Of a DNA stretch of 64,000 nucleotides, positions 1 through 10,376 are shown in pieces. The notes under the pieces were generated by a model. That model did not search any database, had not been told where the DNA came from, and was given only the letters and a program-made list of their open reading frames with translations. A program made the position numbers and the translations under genes. The DNA comes from a virus: the IMG/VR virus record IMGVR_UViG_3300044997_000693, positions 7,242 to 71,241 of that record. One strand, 5' to 3'. Within the stretch, counting starts at the first letter, position 1. The number at the start of each line of letters is the position of its first letter.

Positions 1-963
1 AATCATGCCGATGCTGATCGTTGGTATGAAACAATGAAACACTATTGTGATTCTAACTTGTATCCAGACACACACTTTGATGGATGGAGTATGGGTGGTC
101 AAAACATGTGCGATATTCACTTGGTGCTGCGTAGACTTGTGGCACTGCGTCACGATGGCCTGTTACAGGAAGGCATTCACGATTGGATGCACTTCTTAGG
201 CACAAGCAAACTGGAGTGGGCAGTGCTGCTCACCGACATTCAACGAGCTGTAAGAAAATATGTGAATCCTGCTTTTACTATCAGTTTTGATTGTGCTAGT
301 CCGTTTTTGGCAACTGCAAATGGGCAGGTCTACCATCACATTGACCTTCCGCACAACAAAAAATGGTGCTATAGAATGAGTCCTATTGTGGACGATAAAA
401 AGTACAGCACTGATACACGCCCGTTTGGCCCTGCTGTGGTGGCCGACGGTCTAATCGATCACTTTGACGAAAGCCCGATCAGTCTACAACTGCAAATGAA
501 AGATATCTGTCGCTACCGACCCGGTGATCTAAACAAGGTCGGCAAAGAAGGCAAGACTTCCTGGGATTCGTTCAGCTATGCCTTGCTCATGGGACACAAT
601 GTTTGGATGCACATTGAAGCGGTACAACGTGCCAATCGTGAATATGATAACGGAACCTGGCCTGCTATGATGTGGAACCAAAATGGCGATCATGCCCGAT
701 TCCGAGACATTGTAGATGCCATATTTGCCACCGCAGACCGTGGCAAAGCCGAGGCCATTATCGAACATTATGACCGTTATTGGATGGACATTGTGGGCAC
801 ACGCGGATTCAAGGGCAAAAAGGCCAAAAACGCACACAGCCAATTCACTGCTTTGTTCGAAACAGCCGACGACGCAGGGGATGCTAGCATACAATTAGAC
901 GAACAATTTAGCCTGGCCCAACAGGACCAATTGGATCAACTCGAACATGATCAAATTAAATGA
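1..963 (+). CDS. DpdA/TGT-family transglycosylase-like protein (5' partial; frame open to window start)
   Basis: WSMGG, MHFLG and ISFDCASP motifs of TGT/DpdA TIM barrels; folE, queD and queE downstream. Confidence 0.7.
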   Translation, partial: NHADADRWYETMKHYCDSNLYPDTHFDGWSMGGQNMCDIHLVLRRLVALRHDGLLQEGIHDWMHFLGTSKLEWAVLLTDIQRAVRKYVNPAFTISFDCASPFLATANGQVYHHIDLPHNKKWCYRMSPIVDDKKYSTDTRPFGPAVVADGLIDHFDESPISLQLQMKDICRYRPGDLNKVGKEGKTSWDSFSYALLMGHNVWMHIEAVQRANREYDNGTWPAMMWNQNGDHARFRDIVDAIFATADRGKAEAIIEHYDRYWMDIVGTRGFKGKKAKNAHSQFTALFETADDAGDASIQLDEQFSLAQQDQLDQLEHDQIK

Positions 964-1502
964 ACAGACCTGAACACAACAATGTTAAATTCTTTGTAGG
1001 AACTGAAGTAGAACATACTCCTGCATACGGTAGAAAAACTCTGTTTGTAATAGGAGTTCAAGACTATTATGAAATTTTACGTATTGTAAAAGACACTTGG
1101 CCGTTGCTGGACGAAACCCAGCATATCAGACATGTGTATTTTGGTGCCAATCAGAGTTTCCCGCCACTTGCTGTGAATGATGGTGCAGATTGGGCTCCGT
1201 GGGAGCGCATGATTCATTCAGTATTGGATGAAGATATCTTGTGTACCTTGGATCTTGACGTTGCCTGTGTAGAGGGCCTGTTGCAAAGTGGATTGACTGA
1301 ACATCACAATTTTATTCCTATGATTTCGGTCAAACTGCCCTACATTCGACAGTTTGGCTACAACGCCACACTCAAGATCGACGACCGAGATTTTGCTGCC
1401 ACAAATCCCGGAGTATGGTGTCACAGTCTACACAGTCTACAAAAACGTTCAGTGTTTACTGACTGGTCTAAATACACCCAAGATGAAGTAATCAATGGAT
1501 AA
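960..1502 (+). CDS. hypothetical phage protein
   Basis: 180-aa ORF coupled (ATGA-type overlap) to the dpdA-like gene. Confidence 0.75.
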   Translation: MNRPEHNNVKFFVGTEVEHTPAYGRKTLFVIGVQDYYEILRIVKDTWPLLDETQHIRHVYFGANQSFPPLAVNDGADWAPWERMIHSVLDEDILCTLDLDVACVEGLLQSGLTEHHNFIPMISVKLPYIRQFGYNATLKIDDRDFAATNPGVWCHSLHSLQKRSVFTDWSKYTQDEVING

Positions 1503-1633
1503 GCGACAAAAAGAAAACGGTTTCAATGAGTGTTGACAGCAGTGTGAAAAAGTGTAAAATCAAAGGACAAGCCTTGATCAGACACAAGACAATTGGCATC
1601 TCTAACTCAACGTAAAACAGGACCCAAATCAAA

Positions 1634-2077
1634 ATGACTCAAGAAGAACGCGAAACAGTAGAAAGACGAAAATCTGCCGCAACTAGAATGATATTTGTAC
1701 AATTCCAAAAGGAAGGCATCCATTGCTACCCAGCTGCTGCCACTGACCCCAAATTAAATACCAACGATGAATACAATGTTGCATTCCTTGCTAGCCCTCA
1801 TCGTCATATCTTCTGGTTTAAAGTTTGGATTGATGTCTGGCACTCAAATAGAGATTTAGAGTTTATACAATTTAAACGCTGGTTAGAAAGTTTCTACAGC
1901 CAAGGCATTTTACAGTTGGATTTTAAAAGCGTAGAAATGCTGGCAGATGATTTGTATGTGCAAATAGCCGAACGATATCCAGATAGGGCAGTATGGATTG
2001 AAATTTCAGAAGATAACGAAAACGGTTGTTTGATTAAATATGATTTAACTCGTCCAGCACAGAATATTAAGATTTAA
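1634..2077 (+). CDS. QueD/PTPS-like T-fold protein (divergent)
   Basis: EGIH, HRH (putative Zn ligands), ElEF, SVEMLA and C-terminal EISED pattern resemble T-fold proteins. Confidence 0.55.
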   Translation: MTQEERETVERRKSAATRMIFVQFQKEGIHCYPAAATDPKLNTNDEYNVAFLASPHRHIFWFKVWIDVWHSNRDLEFIQFKRWLESFYSQGILQLDFKSVEMLADDLYVQIAERYPDRAVWIEISEDNENGCLIKYDLTRPAQNIKI

Positions 2078-2104
2078 TAGTTTTGTACAATTCAAGGAAA
2101 TAAT

Positions 2105-2335
2105 ATGGCTAAAACCCAGTATCGCGCAAATCCCAAAGCACTACAGATCCTAGAGGATTTGTCAAATTATCTAGAGTTCTGTAAGATCTATGGCTATCGT
2201 TACAACGAAGCTGACCTTTACAACTTCAAGAGCTATGCCTGGCAACAGTACAACAAGTTTAGTCAGGGCAAAAATGCCAAGAACATGTGGTATGAGGACA
2301 GCCGCAGATTATCTGGACACAGACACAATCAATGA
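2105..2335 (+). CDS. hypothetical protein
   Basis: 76-aa ORF with AAGGA SD. Confidence 0.7.
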   Translation: MAKTQYRANPKALQILEDLSNYLEFCKIYGYRYNEADLYNFKSYAWQQYNKFSQGKNAKNMWYEDSRRLSGHRHNQ

Positions 2336-2357
2336 TTAATATATTTGCAGAACAAGT

Positions 2358-3560
2358 ATGAGAAAACTATTTTACATGGGTTTAGAGTCGTATGAGGCTC
2401 GCTATACTCTACAACTGACCGAGTGGAATCGCCGTGTGTTTGACCGTCGTGGACTGGATGTAGTGTATGTGCCAGGGTCGACTTTAAACAACAGTCAGAA
2501 GATTGTGGTAGGTCAAGTGTTGGATGCACATGGTCGTAGTTATTTTTCAATGAGTCAAATGATGAATCTGGTGCGACTCATGCAACAGGGCGATGTTACT
2601 GGTGAAGACGTTATCTACTTTGAGGATATGTTTACTCCTGGTATCGAGAGCTTGCCCTACATCATGAACCAGATTCCTGCAGACCAACGTCCTCGAGTGT
2701 ATGTGCGTTGTCTGGCACAGAGCATTGATCCTGATGACTTTGTTCATGTATGGGGCATGGCCAAGTGGATGGGTCTCTATGAACAAATGGTCAATGAGTT
2801 TGTGACTGCGGTGTTGGCCACCAGTGAGGAAATGGTGGCTCACATGCGTATTGCCGGCTGGACTGCGCCAATCTACAACATTTCAGGACTGGCCTTTGAC
2901 AAGGCAGAGGTGCTGGAACGTGTCGGCGGCGCCGAAAACATCAAGCCGTTTGACCAACGCCGAATGCGGGTGGGTTTTGCTGCTCGTTTCGACCAGGAGA
3001 AACAGCCCGGTTTCTTTATGGACCTGATTGACATGTACCATGCGCAGGGTCGTGTCCGAGACGTTGAGTTTGCTGTGTTCCAGGGCGGCCCGTTGCGCAG
3101 CAACAATCCCGAATACATTGATCGTGCTCGTCGGTTGGAATCCGAAGGTAAATTAAAAATTTACGACAATCTCGGCAAGAACGAATACTATGATCTCCTT
3201 AACAATACTCGTGTGCTGTTTAATTGTGCTCTTCAGGACTGGGTCTCCAACACAGTCAGTGAGGCAGACACACTTGGCTGTAATGTGCTGTATCCTGCTT
3301 ATCGCAGTTTCCCTGAGACCTTTGCTGATGACCCCAACAGGCTTTACGTTCCTTGGTCAATAGACGATGCCTACCACAAGTTAGAAAACTTGTTGCAGGT
3401 GCTACATCACAACCAGGGTCTGATTTCAGACTGGAACAACGGTACTGTGGATCGTGTGGTAGACATCATTACCGGCTCGGGCGAACAATGGAATCGTGCC
3501 GGTTCAAGATATCGTGACCATGTTGGTCAAGCCAAGTATCCGGTAAGAAAAGTCGAGTAA
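2358..3560 (+). CDS. GT-B (GT4-like) glycosyltransferase
   Basis: AARFDQEKQP and NTVSEADTLGCNVL motifs match GT-B donor-binding signatures. Confidence 0.75.
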   Translation: MRKLFYMGLESYEARYTLQLTEWNRRVFDRRGLDVVYVPGSTLNNSQKIVVGQVLDAHGRSYFSMSQMMNLVRLMQQGDVTGEDVIYFEDMFTPGIESLPYIMNQIPADQRPRVYVRCLAQSIDPDDFVHVWGMAKWMGLYEQMVNEFVTAVLATSEEMVAHMRIAGWTAPIYNISGLAFDKAEVLERVGGAENIKPFDQRRMRVGFAARFDQEKQPGFFMDLIDMYHAQGRVRDVEFAVFQGGPLRSNNPEYIDRARRLESEGKLKIYDNLGKNEYYDLLNNTRVLFNCALQDWVSNTVSEADTLGCNVLYPAYRSFPETFADDPNRLYVPWSIDDAYHKLENLLQVLHHNQGLISDWNNGTVDRVVDIITGSGEQWNRAGSRYRDHVGQAKYPVRKVE

Positions 3561-4300
3561 TGCCTATCAAATTGTTAATAACTGGGGGTTGTAGTTTTGC
3601 AATGCCTGACAATAATTCTCCTATCAAATGGCCCGTACAATTGGCAGACAAGTTAAATGTTCCAGTTATAAACACAGCTCATCGGTCTCAAGGAAACGGA
3701 CTAATCAGCAGAAAGATTATCTATCAAGTCAGTGAGACTCTGAAAACAGTTGATGCCTCGGAAATACTGGTTGGTATTATGTGGAGTGGACCGGATCGTC
3801 AGGATTTTTATATCAACAACAAAGAAACTCGCAATCATCCTGATTATCTCTATACCAGTCTATCGCCCACCACTGATAAAAACTGGCTGATTCTGAATGC
3901 ACATTGGGAAAATCATTACGCCAAGTCTTACTACAGCACATTTCACAATGATATCGGAGCATTAATTTACACCTATGAGCATATACTAAGAGTTCAATGG
4001 TTTTTGAAGTTGCATAACATTTCATACTTTATGACCACATACATGGACACTGTGTTTTATAATCATCACAGATTTTATCAAAATAAAATTTTAAGACATG
4101 CTGAATCCGCACATCTATATAACCAAATCGATCATGATCAATTTTTGTCTGTGAATGGACAGTACGAATGGGCAGTAGACACAGGATTATCATTTTTTCC
4201 ATACGGCAAAAGCATTGATGATCATCCTACTACAGAACACAATCAAAAATTTGTTGATGAAATTATTATTCCATTTTTATCAAAGAAAAATTATATATGA
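3560..4300 (+). CDS. SGNH/GDSL-like protein
   Basis: N-terminal GCSF, SQGN, IMWSGPDR, C-terminal DDHP; AT-rich. Confidence 0.65.
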   Translation: MPIKLLITGGCSFAMPDNNSPIKWPVQLADKLNVPVINTAHRSQGNGLISRKIIYQVSETLKTVDASEILVGIMWSGPDRQDFYINNKETRNHPDYLYTSLSPTTDKNWLILNAHWENHYAKSYYSTFHNDIGALIYTYEHILRVQWFLKLHNISYFMTTYMDTVFYNHHRFYQNKILRHAESAHLYNQIDHDQFLSVNGQYEWAVDTGLSFFPYGKSIDDHPTTEHNQKFVDEIIIPFLSKKNYI

Positions 4301-5247
4301 GAATAATTGTAACCGGTGCCGCCGGATTCATTGGTGGCCAAACAGTGCTCAAATTGCTAGATGCCGGCCACACGGTCTATGCCATTGATCGAATCATACC
4401 CAGTGAGCTGCTGCGTACATCTGGGGCCAATTGGCTCACCGGCGACTTCAGTGGCGAAGTTGCATTGGAATCAATCAATTCTCACAGGCCAGCAGCTATC
4501 ATTCACTGCGCCGGCACCAGTCTGGTTGGGCCTAGTCTGGCCAATCCCGAAGAGTATTACAACAACAACTATGTCAAGACCAAACGACTGCTGGACTATT
4601 TGATACAGAATAAAATCAACTCTAGGTTGATTTTTAGTTCAAGTGCTGCGGTCTATGGCAATCCTGTAATGACACCGGTACGAGAAGTGGATCCTACAGA
4701 ACCCATCAGTCCCTACGGTCAAAGCAAATTGATGACCGATTGGCTGTTGCAAAGTTATCAACAGGCCTATGGACTAGACTTTGTTTCGTTTCGCTACTTC
4801 AATGCCTGCGGTGCCGACAGTCAAGGTCGACATGGACAAGCACCCGGGGCCACGCACCTTGTTGCCCGCATATTGGAAAGTGTGCGGAATGGTCAAGAAT
4901 TTGTCATGCATGGCGACAATTATCCTACCAAAGACGGTACCTGTATTCGTGACTACGTCCATGTGGAAGATCTGGCTTCTGCTCACATCATGGCTCTCGA
5001 TCCTGCTGTCAAATCAGACATATATAATCTTGGTACCAACCAAGGTTATAGTAATTTACAAGTTGTACAAGCAGCATCTGCTGTGCTGAATCGAGACATA
5101 GCCTGGCAGCCAGGTCCAAAACGCAGTGGAGATCCGGCACAACTGGTGGCAGATCCTACCCGGTTTATGATTGCTAGTCGGTGGCAGCCACAATTTGGAT
5201 TGACGGATATCATTCAACATGCATGGGCTTGGTATGAAACTGCTTGA
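4297..5247 (+). CDS. galE: UDP-glucose 4-epimerase
   Basis: TGAAGFIG, FSSSAAVYG, YGQSK, RYFNACG, DGTCIRDYVHV. Confidence 0.9.
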   Translation: MRIIVTGAAGFIGGQTVLKLLDAGHTVYAIDRIIPSELLRTSGANWLTGDFSGEVALESINSHRPAAIIHCAGTSLVGPSLANPEEYYNNNYVKTKRLLDYLIQNKINSRLIFSSSAAVYGNPVMTPVREVDPTEPISPYGQSKLMTDWLLQSYQQAYGLDFVSFRYFNACGADSQGRHGQAPGATHLVARILESVRNGQEFVMHGDNYPTKDGTCIRDYVHVEDLASAHIMALDPAVKSDIYNLGTNQGYSNLQVVQAASAVLNRDIAWQPGPKRSGDPAQLVADPTRFMIASRWQPQFGLTDIIQHAWAWYETA

Positions 5248-6187
5248 ATTGAAACTGTTTGACTTACTTGATGTTGTCTGCATTGATCCCGCTAAATTTA
5301 TAGATTATCAAACATTCGAGATTAACTACGACTATTTCAAACAGTATAAAAATCAGTTAGTAGTTATAGATTTTTCGTCAGAGAATCAGCTTATGTTTGA
5401 AAATCACGTGTGCGATCAGTTGAGTAAAACAGATATAAATTTTTTACTACTCACTTATAATCATACACAACATCAACGTTTTGCTCGAATGATTTACTTT
5501 CCATACTGGTCACTGTGGCAGTTAGAACAAGGTCGACCTACGCCCACATATAAATTTTCTAGCAAAACATACTTTTTGGGCTGTATGAGTGGTCAGCCAA
5601 GACCACATCGTATTGTCAATTACTTACAGTTAGTAAAGAAAAGTTATAGAGACAATATCTCTATAACTTTTCTTAAAAAACCAGTAATTGCCAGACAAGA
5701 TGATTTGATATTAACTGCGGATGAAAGAATACAATGGAATACAGCCAAAGAATCTTTGCAAGTCGGAGATGGGCAGACACCTTGGTATAAGTTGCCACAG
5801 CTCATTGATTCATACTTGCATCTGGTGTCAGAGACCACTGCGTCAAAACACGGTGTTTTTACTACAGAAAAAACTTGGATACCCATTGCAGCCGGAGTGC
5901 CTTTTGTTATGTTGGGTAATCCTGGAACTATGAGTTTTTTAAAACAGCAAGGAGTTGATACCTACGACGATGTTATAGATCACAATTATTATGACAGCGA
6001 ACCAAGTACCAGAACCAGAATAGTTAAACTTCACGCAGTGATTGATGATTTGGTATCTCAAGGCATTGACAAAATTTATGATAAGTTAGTAGATCGCACT
6101 GTAAATAATCAAACAAAATTTTACAATGGTGAATTTAATCACCATCATTTAGAAGCATTGACCAACGCAATCAACAAATACAAATAA
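5234..6187 (+). CDS. glycosyltransferase-like protein (ET..TEKT family)
   Basis: LVSET..FTTEKTW..PF..G.DTYDDVID..YD motif shared with 31355, 48075 and 56120. Confidence 0.55.
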   Translation: MKLLELKLFDLLDVVCIDPAKFIDYQTFEINYDYFKQYKNQLVVIDFSSENQLMFENHVCDQLSKTDINFLLLTYNHTQHQRFARMIYFPYWSLWQLEQGRPTPTYKFSSKTYFLGCMSGQPRPHRIVNYLQLVKKSYRDNISITFLKKPVIARQDDLILTADERIQWNTAKESLQVGDGQTPWYKLPQLIDSYLHLVSETTASKHGVFTTEKTWIPIAAGVPFVMLGNPGTMSFLKQQGVDTYDDVIDHNYYDSEPSTRTRIVKLHAVIDDLVSQGIDKIYDKLVDRTVNNQTKFYNGEFNHHHLEALTNAINKYK

Positions 6188-7356
6188 TGTATCAATTTGC
6201 CGAACTAGTTCATTGGATGCAAAATCGGGATGATATGAAAATATTACCTGCACAAGTAGATATTGACTTGACCAATGTATGCAATCAAGACTGCTACTAT
6301 TGTAATTCTGCAGATTTTAGGGCAGCAATGCCGGTTCAAAAAAAATACACAGAATACATTGGTCTATTGGACAAATTGGCCAGTTGGAGAGCTCACACAC
6401 CCAACAGTTACGGTACAACACACACCATTACCTATCCCGGCGGAGGTGAACCCACTGTATTAGTCAGTTACGAAAAGGTTATCGAACACACAATAGACCT
6501 GGGATTCCTGGGTAGTATTACTACCAATGGTAGTAATTTAAATAGTCTATTAGATACTATTCATGTAGATAAATTACGCAAACTTGCTTGGATTGGAATC
6601 GACATTGATGCAGGTACCGAACCGTTATACGAACAAATACGTCGGAGTCTAACTGCCAAGAGTTTGTTTACTAAGGTGTGCGACAATGCTCGCGGGCTTA
6701 TTCAAGCCGGAGTCAATGTAGATTTTAAATGTCTGATTAATCCATTGAACGACACAGACGAAGCAATCAACGATTTGTTTAAATTGGTCAAAGAGCTAGG
6801 GGGCCGTATGTTGTATTTTCGCCCGGTGATCATTGATAATCGGGCCTATCCCATCACAGGGGCCACCATTGCCAGATTAGAGAAGTACAGTCAGATATAC
6901 AAACTACCTTACTGGGCCAACCAAAACAAAACACTATCACGCAACTACAAGAAGTGTCATCAGATGTTTCATTTTCCTGTATTTTGTGCCGATGGCAAGA
7001 TCTACATCTGCTGTGAGGGCAAAGGCAATCCGCAGTTTGAACTTGGTAGCTGGGACTCTGGTGATTTCAGAGACATATGGCTAAGTGAGCGTCACTATGA
7101 AATATATAACAAAACTCGCGTGGAGTTTTGTCAGCCTTGTAGACCCAATATCAGTAACATACAAATACAAAACATTTTAGACAACCCCAAACTAAAGGGT
7201 AACACAAACTGGTTTTATCCAGATAATTTGGGAATTGTTGAATATGCCAAACATTTTTGCGTTGTTAACGGACCAACTGACAAACATCTAAATGTCAATG
7301 GACATAAAAAATTAGCCAAGGTTTTTAAAAATTATTACCATGAACTACGATACTGA
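6187..7356 (+). CDS. radical SAM/SPASM protein with probable chimeric C-terminus
   Basis: CNQDCYYC, GGGEP, TNG, SPASM cysteines (KKC, ICC, CQPC). Confidence 0.85.
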   Translation: MYQFAELVHWMQNRDDMKILPAQVDIDLTNVCNQDCYYCNSADFRAAMPVQKKYTEYIGLLDKLASWRAHTPNSYGTTHTITYPGGGEPTVLVSYEKVIEHTIDLGFLGSITTNGSNLNSLLDTIHVDKLRKLAWIGIDIDAGTEPLYEQIRRSLTAKSLFTKVCDNARGLIQAGVNVDFKCLINPLNDTDEAINDLFKLVKELGGRMLYFRPVIIDNRAYPITGATIARLEKYSQIYKLPYWANQNKTLSRNYKKCHQMFHFPVFCADGKIYICCEGKGNPQFELGSWDSGDFRDIWLSERHYEIYNKTRVEFCQPCRPNISNIQIQNILDNPKLKGNTNWFYPDNLGIVEYAKHFCVVNGPTDKHLNVNGHKKLAKVFKNYYHELRY

Positions 7357-8140
7357 CAACTGGATTTTAATTAAATATCCTCCGGGCGCAGGAGGCAAAT
7401 TTATTGCCTCCTGCTTGATGTTGTTTGACAATGTTGCAAAATGGTCAAAAAATACAACAACACAAAAAGAAACAGTTACCTGGTATAAAAATTCTTTGCC
7501 TGTTGCCGACGAGATATGGTTTCAAAAAGAAGTAGATACCCCCTGGGTGTTGCCTGCTAGTAGGCTTTGGCCTCGTGGTGCAGATCTAACAAATTCAGAA
7601 TTTTGGAAAAAATTCAACGACAACATTGATCCATGGATTCAACAATGCTTCAACGACAACAAATTCATAGTTGATTTTTGGCACAAACAACAAAGACCAC
7701 CGTGGTGGTCACATGCTACTTGGGTTAATATTGTAGTAGATGATGTTCAATTATACAAAGATTTATTGTTTTCAAAAGTCTTTCACTACGATAAACAAAC
7801 AAAAAGACTTACATGGTTAAGCCAAGCGCCGGGACTAGGTCGGCCAACAACATTGATCTATAAGTCCGTATTTCAAAACCAGTGGCATTGGAGTGACGTT
7901 GAAAGCAGAGATCAATGTTATAACGATATTATTATAAAAATTCCTGGGTTCAACTGGAATTTTTCGTTGATTGATTCGGAAAATTGCATTGCTCTTAGCG
8001 ACATGTTCGATGTTGACAAACTAGAGACATTTTTGTTAAAATTTGAAAATATACTTAAATCCGAGTTAGATACCGATCAATTTCGAGAACTCCATCAAAG
8101 TTGGGTCAATGCTACCAATCAAACAATGAAGCTAAAATGA
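7340..8140 (+). CDS. hypothetical protein, possible sulfotransferase-like P-loop fold
   Basis: N-terminal YPPGAGGKFI loop. Confidence 0.45.
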   Translation: MNYDTDNWILIKYPPGAGGKFIASCLMLFDNVAKWSKNTTTQKETVTWYKNSLPVADEIWFQKEVDTPWVLPASRLWPRGADLTNSEFWKKFNDNIDPWIQQCFNDNKFIVDFWHKQQRPPWWSHATWVNIVVDDVQLYKDLLFSKVFHYDKQTKRLTWLSQAPGLGRPTTLIYKSVFQNQWHWSDVESRDQCYNDIIIKIPGFNWNFSLIDSENCIALSDMFDVDKLETFLLKFENILKSELDTDQFRELHQSWVNATNQTMKLK

Positions 8141-8493
8141 ATTTTTTTCCAGTTATTGAATTAGTAGACCGATTGGTCATTGCAAAAATCAAATGGCATA
8201 GGACTCGGCTAAATGCAGAAGAACTTGATTGGTACCAACAACAGGCAAAACATCTCGACCTAGAAAAAATTTCATCTCACATTGCAGAGTTAGAAACTAT
8301 TCACAATGCGATTTGGGAACTCGAGGCTGCACTTAAATCTAATCAAGAGCAAAATCTCAGTTTAGAAGAAATTGGCCGCAGAGCCATTGATATTCGTAAC
8401 CTAAATAACCGGCGGGTCAGACTCAAGAATCAAGCAGCAGAACTACTAGACTGCAATGTAAGAGAAATTAAAAAAGATCATTTAAGCCAATGA
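8137..8493 (+). CDS. helical hypothetical protein (DUF6165-like)
   Basis: ELVDRL..A.IK, IWELE and N..R..LK pattern. Confidence 0.55.
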   Translation: MNFFPVIELVDRLVIAKIKWHRTRLNAEELDWYQQQAKHLDLEKISSHIAELETIHNAIWELEAALKSNQEQNLSLEEIGRRAIDIRNLNNRRVRLKNQAAELLDCNVREIKKDHLSQ

Positions 8494-9098
8494 CATTTGA
8501 CGATATCAAGCGATTTGAAATGGCACTTGCAGAATACACCGGTGCTCCGTATGCTGTCATGACCGATTGCTGCACTCATGCCATTGAAATGTGCTTGCGA
8601 TACGACAGGATCCAGGAGTGCAGTTTTACTCCTTATACCTATTTGAGCATACCGATGACCATGCACAAGCTAGGTATCAAGTATAGCTATTTTCCAGACT
8701 CGTTGCCGCACAGGCAACAATGGATTGGGGAGTACAAGTTTGAAGGCACACGAGTCTGGGATTCAGCACGTAGATTAGAAAAAGACATGTATCGTCCGGG
8801 ACAGATACAATGTTTGAGTTTTGGGCATACCAAGCCTTTACATATAGGCCGTGGTGGTGCTATACTGTTGGATGACAAGACAGCATATGATGCTATAATT
8901 TGTATGCGGTATGATGGACGCGATCTAAATATCAAACCCTGGGAACAACAAAAGGAATTCCGAGTTGGCTATCATTATAAACCCACCCCCGAAGAAGCCG
9001 TAAAAGGTATCTCTTTGTTGAATGCCCTGAAAGAACATTGCCCAGAACCTAAATTTGTTCAGTATCCAGATTTAAGAACAATCACAATCAAGGACTAA
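8490..9098 (+). CDS. short DegT/DnrJ-family PLP aminotransferase-like protein
   Basis: FE..LAEYTGA.YAV..DCCT.A, WDSA, SFGHTKPL..GRGG (PLP Lys); only 202 aa. Confidence 0.75.
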   Translation: MTFDDIKRFEMALAEYTGAPYAVMTDCCTHAIEMCLRYDRIQECSFTPYTYLSIPMTMHKLGIKYSYFPDSLPHRQQWIGEYKFEGTRVWDSARRLEKDMYRPGQIQCLSFGHTKPLHIGRGGAILLDDKTAYDAIICMRYDGRDLNIKPWEQQKEFRVGYHYKPTPEEAVKGISLLNALKEHCPEPKFVQYPDLRTITIKD

Positions 9099-9099
9099 T

Positions 9100-9801
9100 A
9101 TGACAGATAACAGCGTGACCCTATCACAAGTAATTCGCAAACGCTTGATAGATGCAGACAAACGCTTCTGGGCAGGCGACAACATCAGTGAGTTTATCAC
9201 CGACGAAGAAAAGAGCATGCTGGTAGACGAACTTACAACCCGGTTCGAGGGTGTGCTTGACAGTTTAATTATTGATCGACACACTGACCCGAACTCACAA
9301 GGAACCGCACATCGTCTAGCTAAGATGTATGTTTACGAAATTATGGCTGGTCGGTATGAGGAGAGTCCAAGTCCGACGGCTTTCCCAAATGATACAGACG
9401 GAGCATACGACGGGATGTTGGTGGTGCGTAGCGAACTCAAGAGCATGTGTTCGCATCATCACCAGCCTGTTACAGGTGTGGCTTATATTGGAATTATTGC
9501 TGGCCCCCGACTTATCGGCCTGTCTAAATATACACGTATTGCTCAGTGGTGTGCCCGGCGCGGAACACTACAAGAGGAACTCTGCATGGACATTGCAAGA
9601 GAAATCCAACGAGTCACAAACGCCCAAGATGTGGGTGTTTACCTAGAGGCAGAACACGGCTGCTGCACCAACAGAGGCATAATGGCACACTCGAGTCTAA
9701 CACAAACTACTGTGTTGCGAGGTTCGTTCAAGACCGATGCTAGTACCAAAAAAGAGTTTTTTGACAATATCAAACTACAACAGGAATTCGCACCGAGATA
9801 G
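9100..9801 (+). CDS. folE: GTP cyclohydrolase I
   Basis: SMCSHH, GLSKY.R, LQE, AEHGC..RG, TT.LRG.F. Confidence 0.95.
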   Translation: MTDNSVTLSQVIRKRLIDADKRFWAGDNISEFITDEEKSMLVDELTTRFEGVLDSLIIDRHTDPNSQGTAHRLAKMYVYEIMAGRYEESPSPTAFPNDTDGAYDGMLVVRSELKSMCSHHHQPVTGVAYIGIIAGPRLIGLSKYTRIAQWCARRGTLQEELCMDIAREIQRVTNAQDVGVYLEAEHGCCTNRGIMAHSSLTQTTVLRGSFKTDASTKKEFFDNIKLQQEFAPR

Positions 9802-9828
9802 GACTGTACACAAATTAAGGAAAATACA

Positions 9829-10053
9829 ATGACAGATATAAACAAGTTGGCCTCCGTGATCATTGATCGAGCAAAAAATCTTCAAGAATTCATTGTTTTT
9901 CGCGACATGAATGATATTGTTTTTTCCGGTGATCCGATTCCCTATTCGATTCGACACAACGTAGGAGAGTTGGCGGAAATCAGTGTTCCGGCCATCAGTC
10001 AGGATGAAGCCGAACAGCGTGTCACTGACTGGCTCAAGGAACAACGAGCATGA
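9829..10053 (+). CDS. hypothetical protein
   Basis: 74 aa with AAGGA SD. Confidence 0.7.
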   Translation: MTDINKLASVIIDRAKNLQEFIVFRDMNDIVFSGDPIPYSIRHNVGELAEISVPAISQDEAEQRVTDWLKEQRA

Positions 10054-10376
10054 CTTATGTTGTAACTGAAGGATGTATTCTTTGCAAACACACCGACTGT
10101 GTAGATGTTTGCCCAGTGGATTGTTTTTTTGAAGGTCCAAACTTTTTGGTCATTGACCCAGATGGCTGTATTGACTGTGCAGTATGTGTTCCAGAATGTC
10201 CCGAAAATGCCATATATGCCGACAATGATGTGCCAGACGATCAGCAAGAATTTATCAAACTCAATGCCGATTTGGCCCGAATATGGAAGCCCATTACCAA
10301 AGCCAAAGAATCCATGCCCGAAGCCGAAAAATGGGCCGGTGTTGCCAATAAACTACAGTATTTAAAACGAGATTGA
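10050..10376 (+). CDS. fdxA: 7Fe ferredoxin
   Basis: MTYVVTEGCILCKHTDCVDVCPVDCF..CIDCAVCVPECP. Confidence 0.95.
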   Translation: MTYVVTEGCILCKHTDCVDVCPVDCFFEGPNFLVIDPDGCIDCAVCVPECPENAIYADNDVPDDQQEFIKLNADLARIWKPITKAKESMPEAEKWAGVANKLQYLKRD

